From Ostrea edulis (lineage: Eukaryota): a DNA stretch of 64,000 nucleotides. The stretch is taken from assembly GCF_947568905.1 (NCBI RefSeq), contig NC_079172.1:28892001-28956000 (forward strand), given 5' to 3'. The translations under genes were made by a program, and so were the position numbers. Under the pieces are notes generated by a model. That model searched no databases. It saw nothing but the letters and a program-made list of their open reading frames with translations, and was not told the DNA's origin. Shown piece after piece: positions 53,350-64,000 of this stretch (the first letter of the stretch is position 1; every line of letters starts with the position of its first letter).

Positions 53350-54110
53350 ACCAGTTTTGAAGGGTTTATATATGCCCATCAAAGACAGGATGTATTGTGG
53401 TGTAGCATCATCCATCTGTCCAGACCTTGCAGGCAAAATACAAAATGAACTGTAAGCTCCAGAATCTTACAACTTGGTACATTTGATCACTATGATGAGA
53501 GGAAGATGCCTATTGGTTTCAAGGTCAAAGTATCATTTAGTAGGAAAACTTTGTAGGCATGATACAGACCAAACTGTAACCCCCATGACCTTACATGGTA
53601 CGTTTGATCACCATGATGAGAGGAAGATGCCTATTGTTTCTCAAGGTCAGATGTCAAAGCATCACGAAGTTGGAAAACCTGGTAGGTAAGATACAGACCC
53701 AACTGTTGGGGTTAGGACCGTCAAATTAGGTACACACATTCCTCATGCCAAGTGTAGGATGCCTTTTGTTCATCAAGGTCAAATCACTGAATGGGGAAAC
53801 TTAGTAGGCAGGATAAAGACCAAACCATACACTGCAGGATCTTACAACTTGGTACATTTGATAATGATGAGAGGAAGATGCCTATTGTTTTTCAAAGTCA
53901 AAGGTTAGAGGTCAAGGTTGTAGTATCAGTTAATAAGTCTTTGAAATCATTGTTAGGCAGAATACAGCTAACTATTGGGGCTAGGACCATCAAACTTGGT
54001 ACACATACTCCTCATGATAAATGGGGGATGCCTTTTCTTCAAGGTCAACTTTATTGGTGCACCGTGACCTATTTTTGGGCCATAAGTAGGTTGAATAGTT
54101 TGCTGGACTT
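53350..54110. mobile_element. HINE-like element with internal about 160-bp repeats
   Basis: Repeated cttacaacttggtacatttgat..gatgagaggaagatgcctattg..caaggtca blocks. Confidence 0.5.
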
Positions 54111-54152
54111 TTTCTCATCATGGATAGACATTGCACTGAAGGCCCAACAGGC

Positions 54153-54485
54153 GTATGTTGTACCGTTTGTGGTACTCTTGTTAAGTGTCTGTATGTTGTA
54201 CCGTTTGTGGTACTCTTAATAAGTTTCCATATGTTGTACCGTTTGAGGTACTGTTGTCAAATTTCTATGTGTTGTACCGTTTGCGGTACTCTTGTTAAGT
54301 TTCCATATGTTGTACCGTTTGCGGTACTCTTGTTAAGTTTCAATAAGTTGTACCGTTTGCGGTACTCGTTAAGTTTCCGTAAGTTGTACCACTTGCGGTA
54401 CTCTTGTTAAGTTTGCGTATGTTGTACCGTTTGCGGTACTCTTGTCAAGTTTCTGTATGTTGTACCATTTGCAGTACTCTTGTTA
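54153..54485. repeat. 38-bp minisatellite with an internal hairpin, about 9 copies
   Basis: gtatgttgtaccgtttgcggtactcttgttaagtttcc; each unit has the stem GTACCG-tttg-CGGTAC. Confidence 0.9.
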
Positions 54486-54873
54486 AATGATTTTTCAAAA
54501 ATTTGTGATGCCAAGTAAACTTTGGTCACTGTGCATACTGGCCATGGTCAGCACAGTGTATAGAACTAACCGAGGTTGACATCACAGATAGATAATTAAA
54601 TTTTTCAGTAAAATGCATTTTGGGGAAAATCAAATTGTTGTCAATACAATTTTACTTCTTTAGATACATGTTTAATAAACCTCAACATAAACACACAAGG
54701 ATTTAACAAGAATGCCCATAAAACATCGAAGCAGTTGTTCTTGTCATAAAAATTTCCCTGACTGAGTACATTTTGGCATTACATGTAATATTCTTTAAAA
54801 AATGTAGGTCGATATCACAATACATACTGACTGAGGTCAACATCACAGTGTATAGAATTGACTGAGGTCAATA

Positions 54874-56422
54874 TTACAGTGCATAATGGCTGTATTGTGA
54901 GTAACCCGGATCAAGATCATCCAAATCATCCTCATCCAGATGCTGATCCAAGTCAGGATTTACAGAATCATCATATCCAATATCATCCAGATCAACTGGT
55001 TTTAATGACGGTTTGGACAATTCCAAATACATGTGGCAAAGCAAACTCACTCTCTCTGCAGGGGAATTGCTCACAGCGTGAGCATCAAATATTGTAACTG
55101 TATCAACAAACACTTTCTTCACCAAATCATGGTCAAAGTTGACAATTGAAAGACAGTTAAGAATTTCATATGGATCAAAGTTGCTTTCTATAAGGAATTT
55201 CACATTCGAAGTCACCTTTTCGGGGTCTTTTGATAAATATCTGTAGGTAAATCTTCTTCCTTCTTGAACATGTTTTTTGGGAATCCTAAGATAATTAGCT
55301 AACTGTAAACTGCTTACAAACCGATCTCTGGATTTTTCTACCAAAGGAACTATTTCTTCATACCCCAAGTTTGTGTTCTCGCACATTTCTGATAACACTT
55401 GCACAAATGTGTCAATATATTTTATTCGGAAAATACGAGGATCTGCTAAGGCAATTTCATGATACTTAAATCCGAACTTGAACAATATGTGAATTACTTC
55501 CCGCGCAGTTTTCAAGTGGTGATATAAATCATGTTTCTTACACAACATCACCAACAACTCATCCACCTCACGCTCATCATTGTCCATATCATCTTCCTCA
55601 CCAACAGAAAATTCCTTTAAACTTTTGTCCAATTTTTCCAACTTTTGAATTAGCTTTTCTTTGCTGACCTTAGCAACCATTCTTGCAATCCTGACATTAG
55701 ATTGAAATTGATACTGCTTGACCATGTCCAGTTTCTCAACATGATCCTTGTACTTCCGTGCCTTGGAAAAAGTCTGATGCACTTCTTCAACGAATGGCTC
55801 ATGACCGTAAACTTCATCAATTTTCTTCTCTAACTCCTCCCGCTGAATATTTTCCGAGAACTCCCTGATGGCGAGCCTTTCATCTTTGTCCCACTGACCC
55901 CCAACAGGGTGATGAGACTCATTCACAAACAAAAGCAGGGAGGGGCATATGTAGATCTTTTTGGAAACTTCTTTCAGTCTTTGGATGAAGAACTCCATTT
56001 TTTTTTGGTCCCAGTCCAACACTTGGTCCTGCTGTCTGTCTGTGTGAAGCTGGTACCCATTTTCCTCCAACAACTTCAGGTTTTTGTGTTGAATCTGTTT
56101 TTAACAGAAGGAAGAACACTAATTTCATAAGACATTTATTTTCTGAAAGTCAAGTCCATTTAATGCATTAAAGAAAGTTTAAATGACCAATACACTCTTC
56201 CTGAGTTGTCTAACAGTCGTCTCCCTTTGTCATATACTAACTGCAAACCACAACGAAATACACCATCTAGATAATGTTTCAATGTACACTTTTCAGGTGA
56301 CATGAATATCTTACCTTCTGGTGAAAAGTCCCCGTTTCTGTTGAGACTCCTCTTCTACACACTAGACAGAGTTGTCTGCTCTTGAGAACATGTCTGCTGA
56401 CGAATAGAGCTAAAGACTGCAT
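54874..56422 (-). CDS. Putative mitochondrial mTERF-like protein (442 aa)
   Basis: Exons 56422-56315 and 56094-54874 (phase 0, GT-AG). The N-terminus MQSLALFVSRHVLKSRQLCLVCRRGVS is Arg/Leu/Ser-rich and acid-free, like a presequence. Segments such as REVIHILFKFGFKYHEIALADPRIF and DPEKVTSNVKFLIESNFDPYEILNCLSIVNF resemble mTERF repeats. The ATG is directly preceded by an acceptor (tttttcacag), implying a non-coding first exon. The family call is from memory. Confidence 0.6.
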
Positions 56423-57598
56423 CTGTGAAAAATGCAATTCACAGGTACTTAGTGAGTCATATTGATAACATAAAAATGTATCATCATTTCATAAAAACAT
56501 ATCCAAAGGGTTTGCATGGGGCAAGTTTCATTTGAAAAGTTAGGCTTTCTAGAGAACACAATCTCGGAGCTCCACCCTGGAACCCCATTTCCAGAGCCCA
56601 ATATTTAATTCCTAATCACTGGCCTGATGACACTGAGAAATTGGCTAAGTAATGACATCTGTTATATATTTTGGTTTTAAATCTAGCAACTGATCTCAAA
56701 GGAGAGAGGGACAGATAATTTAATCATGCATGTAACAATTAAGTTAATGACGCAAGTCCAAAACTGACAACCATGGTCCTCCTTTTGAAATTACTGAATG
56801 TTGCTATATATATATTCTTGCACTTTTAATTTTTACTATACATTTCACAGAAAACCAAAAAATTATAATGTTCTTTAATATATTTTTTTTAAAACAATGA
56901 AAACAATCTTATTCACACAACAAAAATTATATTTTTTAATAGGCGGACCATTACATTTACGGTAATACAGCATGGAAGATACAGAGGATTAAAAGTTCTA
57001 TATGCTCTTCACATACCAGAATTGGTCATTACAAATACATAATCACCAAATACCAAAGCCCCCCCCCCCCCCCCCCCACTTCTATTTAGGCTATGTCTGT
57101 CCACTTCTCTAAAGAGAATACCCACCACCACCATAACAACATCTGGCCTGGAGACGCAGGCTTCAATCATTGAAGTTAAAATAGTTTGTCAAACTAAAAA
57201 AAAATGCATGGTCTGAAGGGAAAATGAAAACAAAATTCTATCCTAAACTGGTTCGGCATCATGGTAATCGGAGAACCAGTTTATAAAGCATACTAAAAAA
57301 AACCTTTATTTGCAAATCTGTGAATTCCGGATTGAATATATCGATCTAAAACAAAATGCACTTCTTACAGATTTTAGTAGTCTTTTTGTATCATCAATTG
57401 AAAATTTTAAACTTGAATTATTGTAAATATAGCATTTTCTGTTTATCGTGGTCATTTCTATTCCTGTAGCTGTTATCTGAACCTAAATGAGGACATGACT
57501 ATAGTACAAATATTAGACGTTGCACTCATCCGTCTGTGTTACACACATCCTTCTCTGACTGTCGCAGTATTCAGTGTAGGAAAACAGAAAACACTAAG

Positions 57599-58120
57599 AT
57601 GCGGGAAATAATTCACGTCCAGGTGGGACAATGCGGAAACCAAATAGGTTCCAAATTTTGGGAGGAGATTTCCCTTGAACATGGAATTAGTACCGAAGGA
57701 AAATTCACCGGAGATAACGATGTACAGCTGGAGCGGATCAACGTGTTCTTCACTGAAGGTCAGGGTGGATCCTATGTCCCACGGGCGTGTATGGTGGACC
57801 TCGAACCTGGCACCATGGATTCAATCCGAGGCGGGCCCTATGGGTCAATTTTCAGACCAGACAATTTTGTTTTTGGACAAAACGGAGCTGGTAACGTATG
57901 GGCGAAAGGCCACTACACCGAGGGCGCCGAACTTGTGGAGGAAGTCTTGGACGTCATACGGAGGGAATCGGAAAACTGTGACTGTCTCCAAGGCTTCCAA
58001 CTTACCCACTCCATTGGCGGAGGAACGGGCTCCGGAATGGGGACGCTTCTTCTTAGCAAGATTAAGGAGGAATTCCCCGACCGCATCATGTGTTCATACT
58101 CCGTCCACCCCTCACCCAAA
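57599..58120 (+). CDS. TUBB: Beta-tubulin alternative first exon A (codons 1-174)
   Basis: [17 protein letters not shown]...GGGTGSG...PSPK, 522 nt, intact, followed by the strong donor gtaagt (phase 0). No matching 3' exon occurs before exon B. Confidence 0.9.
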
Positions 58121-59908
58121 GTAAGTTGTAACAGTCTTTAAAATGGGATTCAGGTATATTTTTTGTGTAGATAGACTATTCCAAACTCTAATTAAAACTT
58201 TCAATTTTATGGAGAGGTACGTGCATATCTTATATATAACGTCCGATTAAAGATGCAATTGATAAGGATATTATGAAGTTACAGTCCTTTGAGTTGACTA
58301 CAATTTTTCGATAAATATGTATGTATTTACATTTCCAGTGTATCTTTACAAATTGTACTGATAGCATTTTCCTCATGAATACGTTGCAGTTGTAAACGAT
58401 TCGCGTATGAATCCTGATAAATATAGTACGTCTATTTTCGGCTGGAAATGAGAGAGAGAGAGGGGGGGGGGGCAAAAAAATGACATTTTAAAGAATATGT
58501 AAATATAAAAAAATGAATTTCGTTTCACATCGACATGCTTTTTATGAAGCGAATCATGAAGTAAGTCTGCGTGAAGCGTCGAAATTCATACCATAATGTG
58601 TCGAAATTCATACCATAATGTATTTTCACAATTGAAATTTATTTCATCAGTACTGTACATATAATCTTCACCAAAAAATCTGATAATCTATCTTGGGATC
58701 TCAGATTGAGGGTTCCCCAATTCACTTTAATCCGGATCATTCCGGCGTTTGTGCAACTACTCAAAAAAGAAGAAAAAGTTAGATGGCGGCAAACTAGAAC
58801 GAAAATATGTGTCTGATGAAAAGTCATGCGTTCCTTGTATGAAATCTAAACATTGATACTTTGTCAGAGGGAAGTAGAAATATTTTATTTAATCTATACT
58901 AGGGTCAATCTCAGGTGCCCAAGTTAAAATGAAAGTTGTGCTGGAATGGGTCTAGTAAAATCTTTTTCGGAGGAAAAATGTTCTAAATACTGAATGGGGA
59001 GGGGGGGGGGTCAGTTGAAAAATGTATGTTTAAACTTTCTAGAGTTCGCTTCAAAGTAGTTTCTATGGGTACAAGTATTGCCCTTTTGAACTAACCAATC
59101 AATGATCTTGTTAAGCCTCACTTTGAGTTCAGAAACGAGGCGTCCAGACGTATCGTGTGGACGGGGGAAACGATGCAGGTTCCACACTACTTTCAAACGT
59201 TTGAAATGATCCAGAAGAGAAATTGAAACGAAGTTCCACACATGCATGTAATCACGACTCAAGAGCAGATCTATCTAAAACATGAATTACGGATGTGCTC
59301 GTATCCGTGAAACAGACCCAGACGCCTCGACAGGATATATAGATGCATGTATATATATGCCCCCTGAGGGCCCTTGATTGGTGAATAAATAAATATTATT
59401 ATATTATATATACAAGTTGACTATCTAGTGTGAAGCACAGTTTTGAGATTGATTTCGGCAGGACAGTGATAAACTCGCACCTACATCAAAACCCACAACT
59501 GATCAGTTTCCAAATTAGTTGACACAATGTCTATTGATCACATGCCTACTTCAAAGGCTTTAGTCTACCCATGCTGCAGCACAAGCAATTTGCTCATATT
59601 CATGATATATATGATAAACCACCCCTTACATCAGTAGATTTAACCGTTGCCTCGGAAAAGGTTCGGACAAGAGTTTATACCAAGAAACAATGTGTAGTAT
59701 AAAAAGTTGCACAGGAAATAAAGTATTAGGAGTAAAATCAATGCTCCCAAGTTGCAAAATTTGTACACAGCTGTGGAAAAAAAATGTTTGGTAGTGACAC
59801 CTGGTATAGCCCGTTGTTTTGTATTTTATTGATGCATATTGATGTAAGTAATGTAACCTGTAGCTGGTCAAGTATTCACGCAGTTGACTCAGTCTGACGC
59901 AGCCAACG

Positions 59909-60430
59909 ATGAGGGAAATTGTTCACGTTCAGGCAGGGCAGTGTGGGAACCAGATAGGGGCCAAATTCTGGGAGTTAATTTCCGAGGAGCATGGGATTGA
60001 TAACACCAGTGCGTATGTTGGGAACTCCCCTCAACAGCTGGAGAGAATAGATGTGTATTATAACGAGGCTGCCCACGGGAAGTATGTCCCACGGGCTGTG
60101 CTGGTGGACCTGGAGCCGGGCACCATGGACTCTGTCCGTAGCGGACCCAATGGCGCCCTCTTCCGGCCAGATAATTTCGTGTTCGGTCAGAACGGGGCAG
60201 GAAATAATTGGGCCAAAGGTCATTACACCGAAGGCGCGGAGCTGGTAGACGAAATAATGGACGTTATCCGACAGGAAGCGGAAAACTGCGACTGTTTGCA
60301 GGGGTTTCAGTTGGCCCACTCTATTGGTGGGGGTACAGGGTCAGGGCTGGGGACTCTTGTCACGGGAAAAGTTCGTGAGGAGTATCCCGATCGGATCATG
60401 ACCTCATTCTCTGTAGTCCCCTCACCTAAG
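59909..60430 (+). CDS. TUBB: Beta-tubulin alternative first exon B (codons 1-174)
   Basis: [17 protein letters not shown]...GGGTGSG...PSPK, 522 nt, donor gtctgt (phase 0). Confidence 0.95.
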
Positions 60431-61607
60431 GTCTGTTTTGCTAAAATTCGATCAATTTGTTTCATTTGTTTTGTGCTGTACAGTAACTAATTTTCGTTGG
60501 GTAAAAATATTCGCGAGTTTTGAAGAAAAAAATCTCCTAATGGACTCGATTTTGTGGTGGTAGACTTATGGACTTGATTTTGTGGTGGTAGACATGTGGA
60601 CTTGATTTTGTAGTGGTAGACCTGCTTGTGGAGACTTTGAATTAATGGGTATGTCCATCACAAAAAGAGAGGAATAATGACCGCAAAAATAGATATTACA
60701 CATTATTAGCATATTTGCGGTTCGCTTCCTACAGTTATGCTTTCAAATGGGGATAAGGATTTTGTATAAGGAAGTTGGTGTTGCGTAAGGGGTGTGGGTG
60801 TAAATTACGAATGATTAGAGCTTTTTCATTCACTGTACTGTCATGTTGTGAAATTAAAAAAAATTTACAACATCAGATTTGTATGTATCTAAACTGACAA
60901 TGACAGTTCTTTCGTAATGTTAATCACCATGACGGAGATTTCGTCTTCATTCAATATGTTCCTTACTAATTTACCTGTATTCTGTCTATATCATCTCATC
61001 GCAACATAAAGTTCTAATAAGCTTATGCTATATTTCATCACAACTTATGGTATTAACATTAAATAAGGCGATGACTGACACGCACGGAGACTTGTCTCAT
61101 CACGGGAGATTTTCAGTGATAATACCGATAACTGTAATTTGTTTATATGTAGATCAATATTGACTCATCAGTCAGCGTTTTGCGTGAATGTGCTATAATT
61201 TGATCTGATAAAGCAACGTGAAGTTACGATAACCTGTCGATATGTTACTCATCGGTTCGTGTTCGATTAAACTTGCACGTCACCTCGTTCCTAGCTGTAC
61301 CTTTTATCTGCTGGTATCAGTTTGTTCATGCATACAGCGAATATTTGATAACTAAATTAAGATATTAAAATTCTAAATTAAATGTTTTTCATAAAGATGT
61401 TTAAACAATTGCTGGAAAACTCTGTATTTGACTCTAAATATCCCCTTCATCTTGTCATGAAAGTGCATCCGTGTGTCCGAGTACTGTTGGCGATTTAAAG
61501 TTCAGGAGGTGCTATACATCGTCATAATAGCTGACTTCCTTTTAAAACATGAATGAAAATATAAATATTAGCAATATGTGTCTATTCATTTAGAATATTA
61601 TTGCCTA

Positions 61608-61680
61608 GCTGTGTAGTTCAGTAGGTTGGCACGACAACTTCTGAATAATACGCTCATAGATCGCGGGTTCGAGTCTAGCA
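61608..61680 (+). mobile_element. tRNA-derived SINE head / pseudo-tRNA fragment
   Basis: A-box-like tagttcagtagg and B-box gggttcgagtc. I could not build a full cloverleaf. Confidence 0.45.
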
Positions 61681-62005
61681 GTTTTGTTTTTTTTTAAAAA
61701 TCAGATCGCTTTCTACTAAAACTGCATTTTTTTTTTTTTTTTGACTAAATAATCTAGATTTGAAAGTTTTCAATATCAAAATATTGTTTAACATATTGTT
61801 CACTTTTCATCCATTGACTTAATCATAACCAAAATATAAAAAAAAAAACCCACTTTCCTTCAAAAGATGTTTTTAATGAGAACTTTTATCATCGAATAGT
61901 TTTTTCTTCTTGATCATGTGTAGAACATTAATCGTAACTTCACTGTATACAGTGTATAAATATATGTACAGTGACCATTTATGATTATAAATATTTATTT
62001 TGCAG

Positions 62006-62818
62006 GTTTCTGAGGTGATTGTTGAACCTTATAACGCCGTGCTCTCAGTTCATCAGCTGCTTGAGAATACAGATGAAACCTTCTGTATCGATAACGAGGC
62101 TCTTTACGACATTTGTTTCCGGAGCTTAAAACTTCCTAGTCCGAGCTATGGCGATCTCAACCACCTCGTATCGCGTACCATGTCCGGGGTCACGACCTGT
62201 CTACGGTTTCCCGGACAACTGAACGCTGATCTGAGAAAGTTAGCTGTAAACATGGTGCCGTTCCCGCGTCTTCACTTCTTCATGCCTGGCTTCGCTCCTC
62301 TGACGTCACGAAATGCCGAGCAATTCAGAGCACTCACCGTTCCACAACTTATTCAAGAAATATTTGATGGCCGGAACATGATGACCGCGTGTGACCCCCG
62401 TCGTGGTCGCTTCCTGACCGTCGGGACATTCTTCAGGGGGCAGATGTCCATGAAGGAAGTTGAGGAACAAATGATGAATACCCAAAATAAACTGTCCAAC
62501 AACTTTGTGGAGTGGATCCCAAACAACCTTAAAACTGCGGTATGTGACGTTCCACCCCGGGACGTGAAAATGTCTGCCACTTTTGTCGGCAACAGCACGG
62601 CCATACAAGAACTGTTCATCCGCATAGGCGACCAATTTACCGCCATGTTCCGTCGCCGGGCTTTCTTACATTGGTACACGGGCGAAGGCATGGACGAAAT
62701 GGAATTCACTGAAGCAGAATCTAATATGAAAGACTTAATTTCTGAGTACCAACAGTATGAGAGCATGGGCCTGGACGACGGCTTTGACGAGGAGGAAGAG
62801 CAGGAGGAAGCAGCGTGA
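62006..62818 (+). CDS. TUBB: Beta-tubulin shared 3' exon (codons 175-444)
   Basis: Acceptor ttattttgcag, then [10 protein letters not shown]...[16 protein letters not shown]...[15 protein letters not shown]...[10 protein letters not shown] and TGA. Confidence 0.97.
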   Translation, partial: VSEVIVEPYNAVLSVHQLLENTDETFCIDNEALYDICFRSLKLPSPSYGDLNHLVSRTMSGVTTCLRFPGQLNADLRKLAVNMVPFPRLHFFMPGFAPLTSRNAEQFRALTVPQLIQEIFDGRNMMTACDPRRGRFLTVGTFFRGQMSMKEVEEQMMNTQNKLSNNFVEWIPNNLKTAVCDVPPRDVKMSATFVGNSTAIQELFIRIGDQFTAMFRRRAFLHWYTGEGMDEMEFTEAESNMKDLISEYQQYESMGLDDGFDEEEEQEEAA

Positions 62819-63251
62819 ACGCGTTAATGGTGGAAACCAAGGCGACAATGTCGACACTTTTACACATTAATTTTCCATTATACATACAATATTTATTTAT
62901 AATTTTTGTATTTTACTGTAGCCTTAATATTTGGACTCTACAAATTAAATACTAAATACAGCATAACTGTGAACATAACTCTACATTAAAGTGTCATTTT
63001 CATGTATATTTTTTCGGGTGTTTTCAGATATCGACACTCGCAGTTCAGGGAAGCATCGGAGTGAAGGGATTTCACACTCTTTTGGGGGTTCCAAATGTTT
63101 TGCCAAAACGTTATTTGTAATACTTGATTTCTCTCTTTTAGGAGGTAAAGTCTCTCTCTAGGATGAAATCTCCATTCTATTTATAGGTTGAAATCCCCAT
63201 TCTATTAATAGGTCGAAATCCCCATTCTTTTTATAGGTAGAAGCACTCGTA

Positions 63252-63437
63252 CTATATTTACTTGATCAAGATATAGGGCTCACGGCGGGTGTGACTGGTC
63301 GACAGGGGATGCTTACTCCTCCTAGGTACCTGATCCCACCCCTGGTGTGTCCAGGGGTCTGTGTTTGCCCAACTTTCTATTTTGTATTGCTTATGGGATT
63401 TATGAGATTGATCACTGTTCGTTATCTTCACCTTTCA
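63252..63437. mobile_element. High-copy bivalve interspersed repeat fragment
   Basis: tagggctcacggcgggtgtgactggtcgacaggggatgcttactcctcctagg...gttatcttcacctttcat, recognised as a common oyster repeat; class not determined. Confidence 0.5.
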
Positions 63438-63604
63438 TTTAGTTAGTATCAGGATCCTAAAAGGAGGGTATCCAACACATATATCCCTCCGCAACTCTTT
63501 TAAGGGAAGATGATTTGTATGATGTGTTGATTTTCTTGACACCTATCGTTCAAATAAACTATATTCTCCCTACAAACCTGCTAATGAGTCAACGTGGTGC
63601 AACA

Positions 63605-63775
63605 TCTAAGGAGGATTTCTTAGGTTTCCGATATCGATGACAATATAATTGGGTGGATTTGTGATATCGATGTGGATGTAATTGAGTAGATTTGCGATAT
63701 CGATGCAAATATAATTGGGTGGATTTGCGATATCGATGTGGATGTAATTGAGAAGATTTGCGATATTGATGTGGT
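63605..63775. repeat. Short dimeric tandem repeat
   Basis: gatttgcgatatcgatg recurs with alternating tails tggatgtaattgag and (a/c)aatataattgggtg. Confidence 0.8.
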
Positions 63776-64000
63776 ATAAAGATATGAAAACAATCATAGT
63801 ATGGTGAATCCAGGGAAAGTGTTACACCTAAACTATTTCAGCGTATTCGATGAAAGTTGTTTGTAGATATGAGCTGATTGATTTTTCATACGTGTTGTGT
63901 ATCAGTCAATTCCTGCCTTTTATTTTATAAGATGACGATAATTTGCACTAAAAATTCTCAAAGAAAACTCGGGAAGATGTATGTCGTTAGCTGAGTTAAA

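Noticed and set aside
54153-54485. CRISPR-like array (about 38-bp repeats with a hairpin)
   Set aside because: No unique spacers, no cas genes, and a eukaryotic context.
57599-58120. Exon A as a processed or decayed pseudogene
   Set aside because: It ends exactly at the intron position with a consensus donor and has no disabling change despite 28% amino-acid divergence. Not fully excluded without expression data.
59011-59262. 83-aa minus-strand ORF between the tubulin first exons
   Set aside because: No recognisable motif or convincing splice sites; possibly a TE fragment.
59893-59908. In-frame AG (ending 59902) that could splice tubulin exon A onto exon B to give an N-N-C tandem protein
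   Set aside because: No polypyrimidine tract precedes this AG, and the better-looking AG at 59883 is out of frame. Only junction reads could revive the idea.

Overview
Eukaryotic, AT-rich, intron-rich genomic DNA. The repeat families look like those of a bivalve mollusc (oyster-like); this assignment is from my recognition, not a database check. I hand-built five gene models, checking splice sites and phases. (1) A + strand calmodulin-like EF-hand gene that keeps calmodulin intron positions and ends in an acidic tail of about 14 copies of a 15-aa repeat. (2) cutC on the minus strand, 8 exons. (3) ZC3H13/Flacc on the + strand, about 25 exons, head-to-head with cutC with only 151 bp between start codons. 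(4) A minus-strand, probably mitochondrial, mTERF-like gene. (5) A divergent beta-tubulin locus in which two intact, 72%-identical 522-nt first exons (each codons 1-174) lie upstream of a single 3' exon (codons 175-444). The tubulin variable-plus-constant exon arrangement is the most striking feature. Non-coding DNA is full of MITEs, SINE remnants and minisatellites. Three arrays switch strand internally, and several repeats duplicate splice sites or derive from transposon ends.
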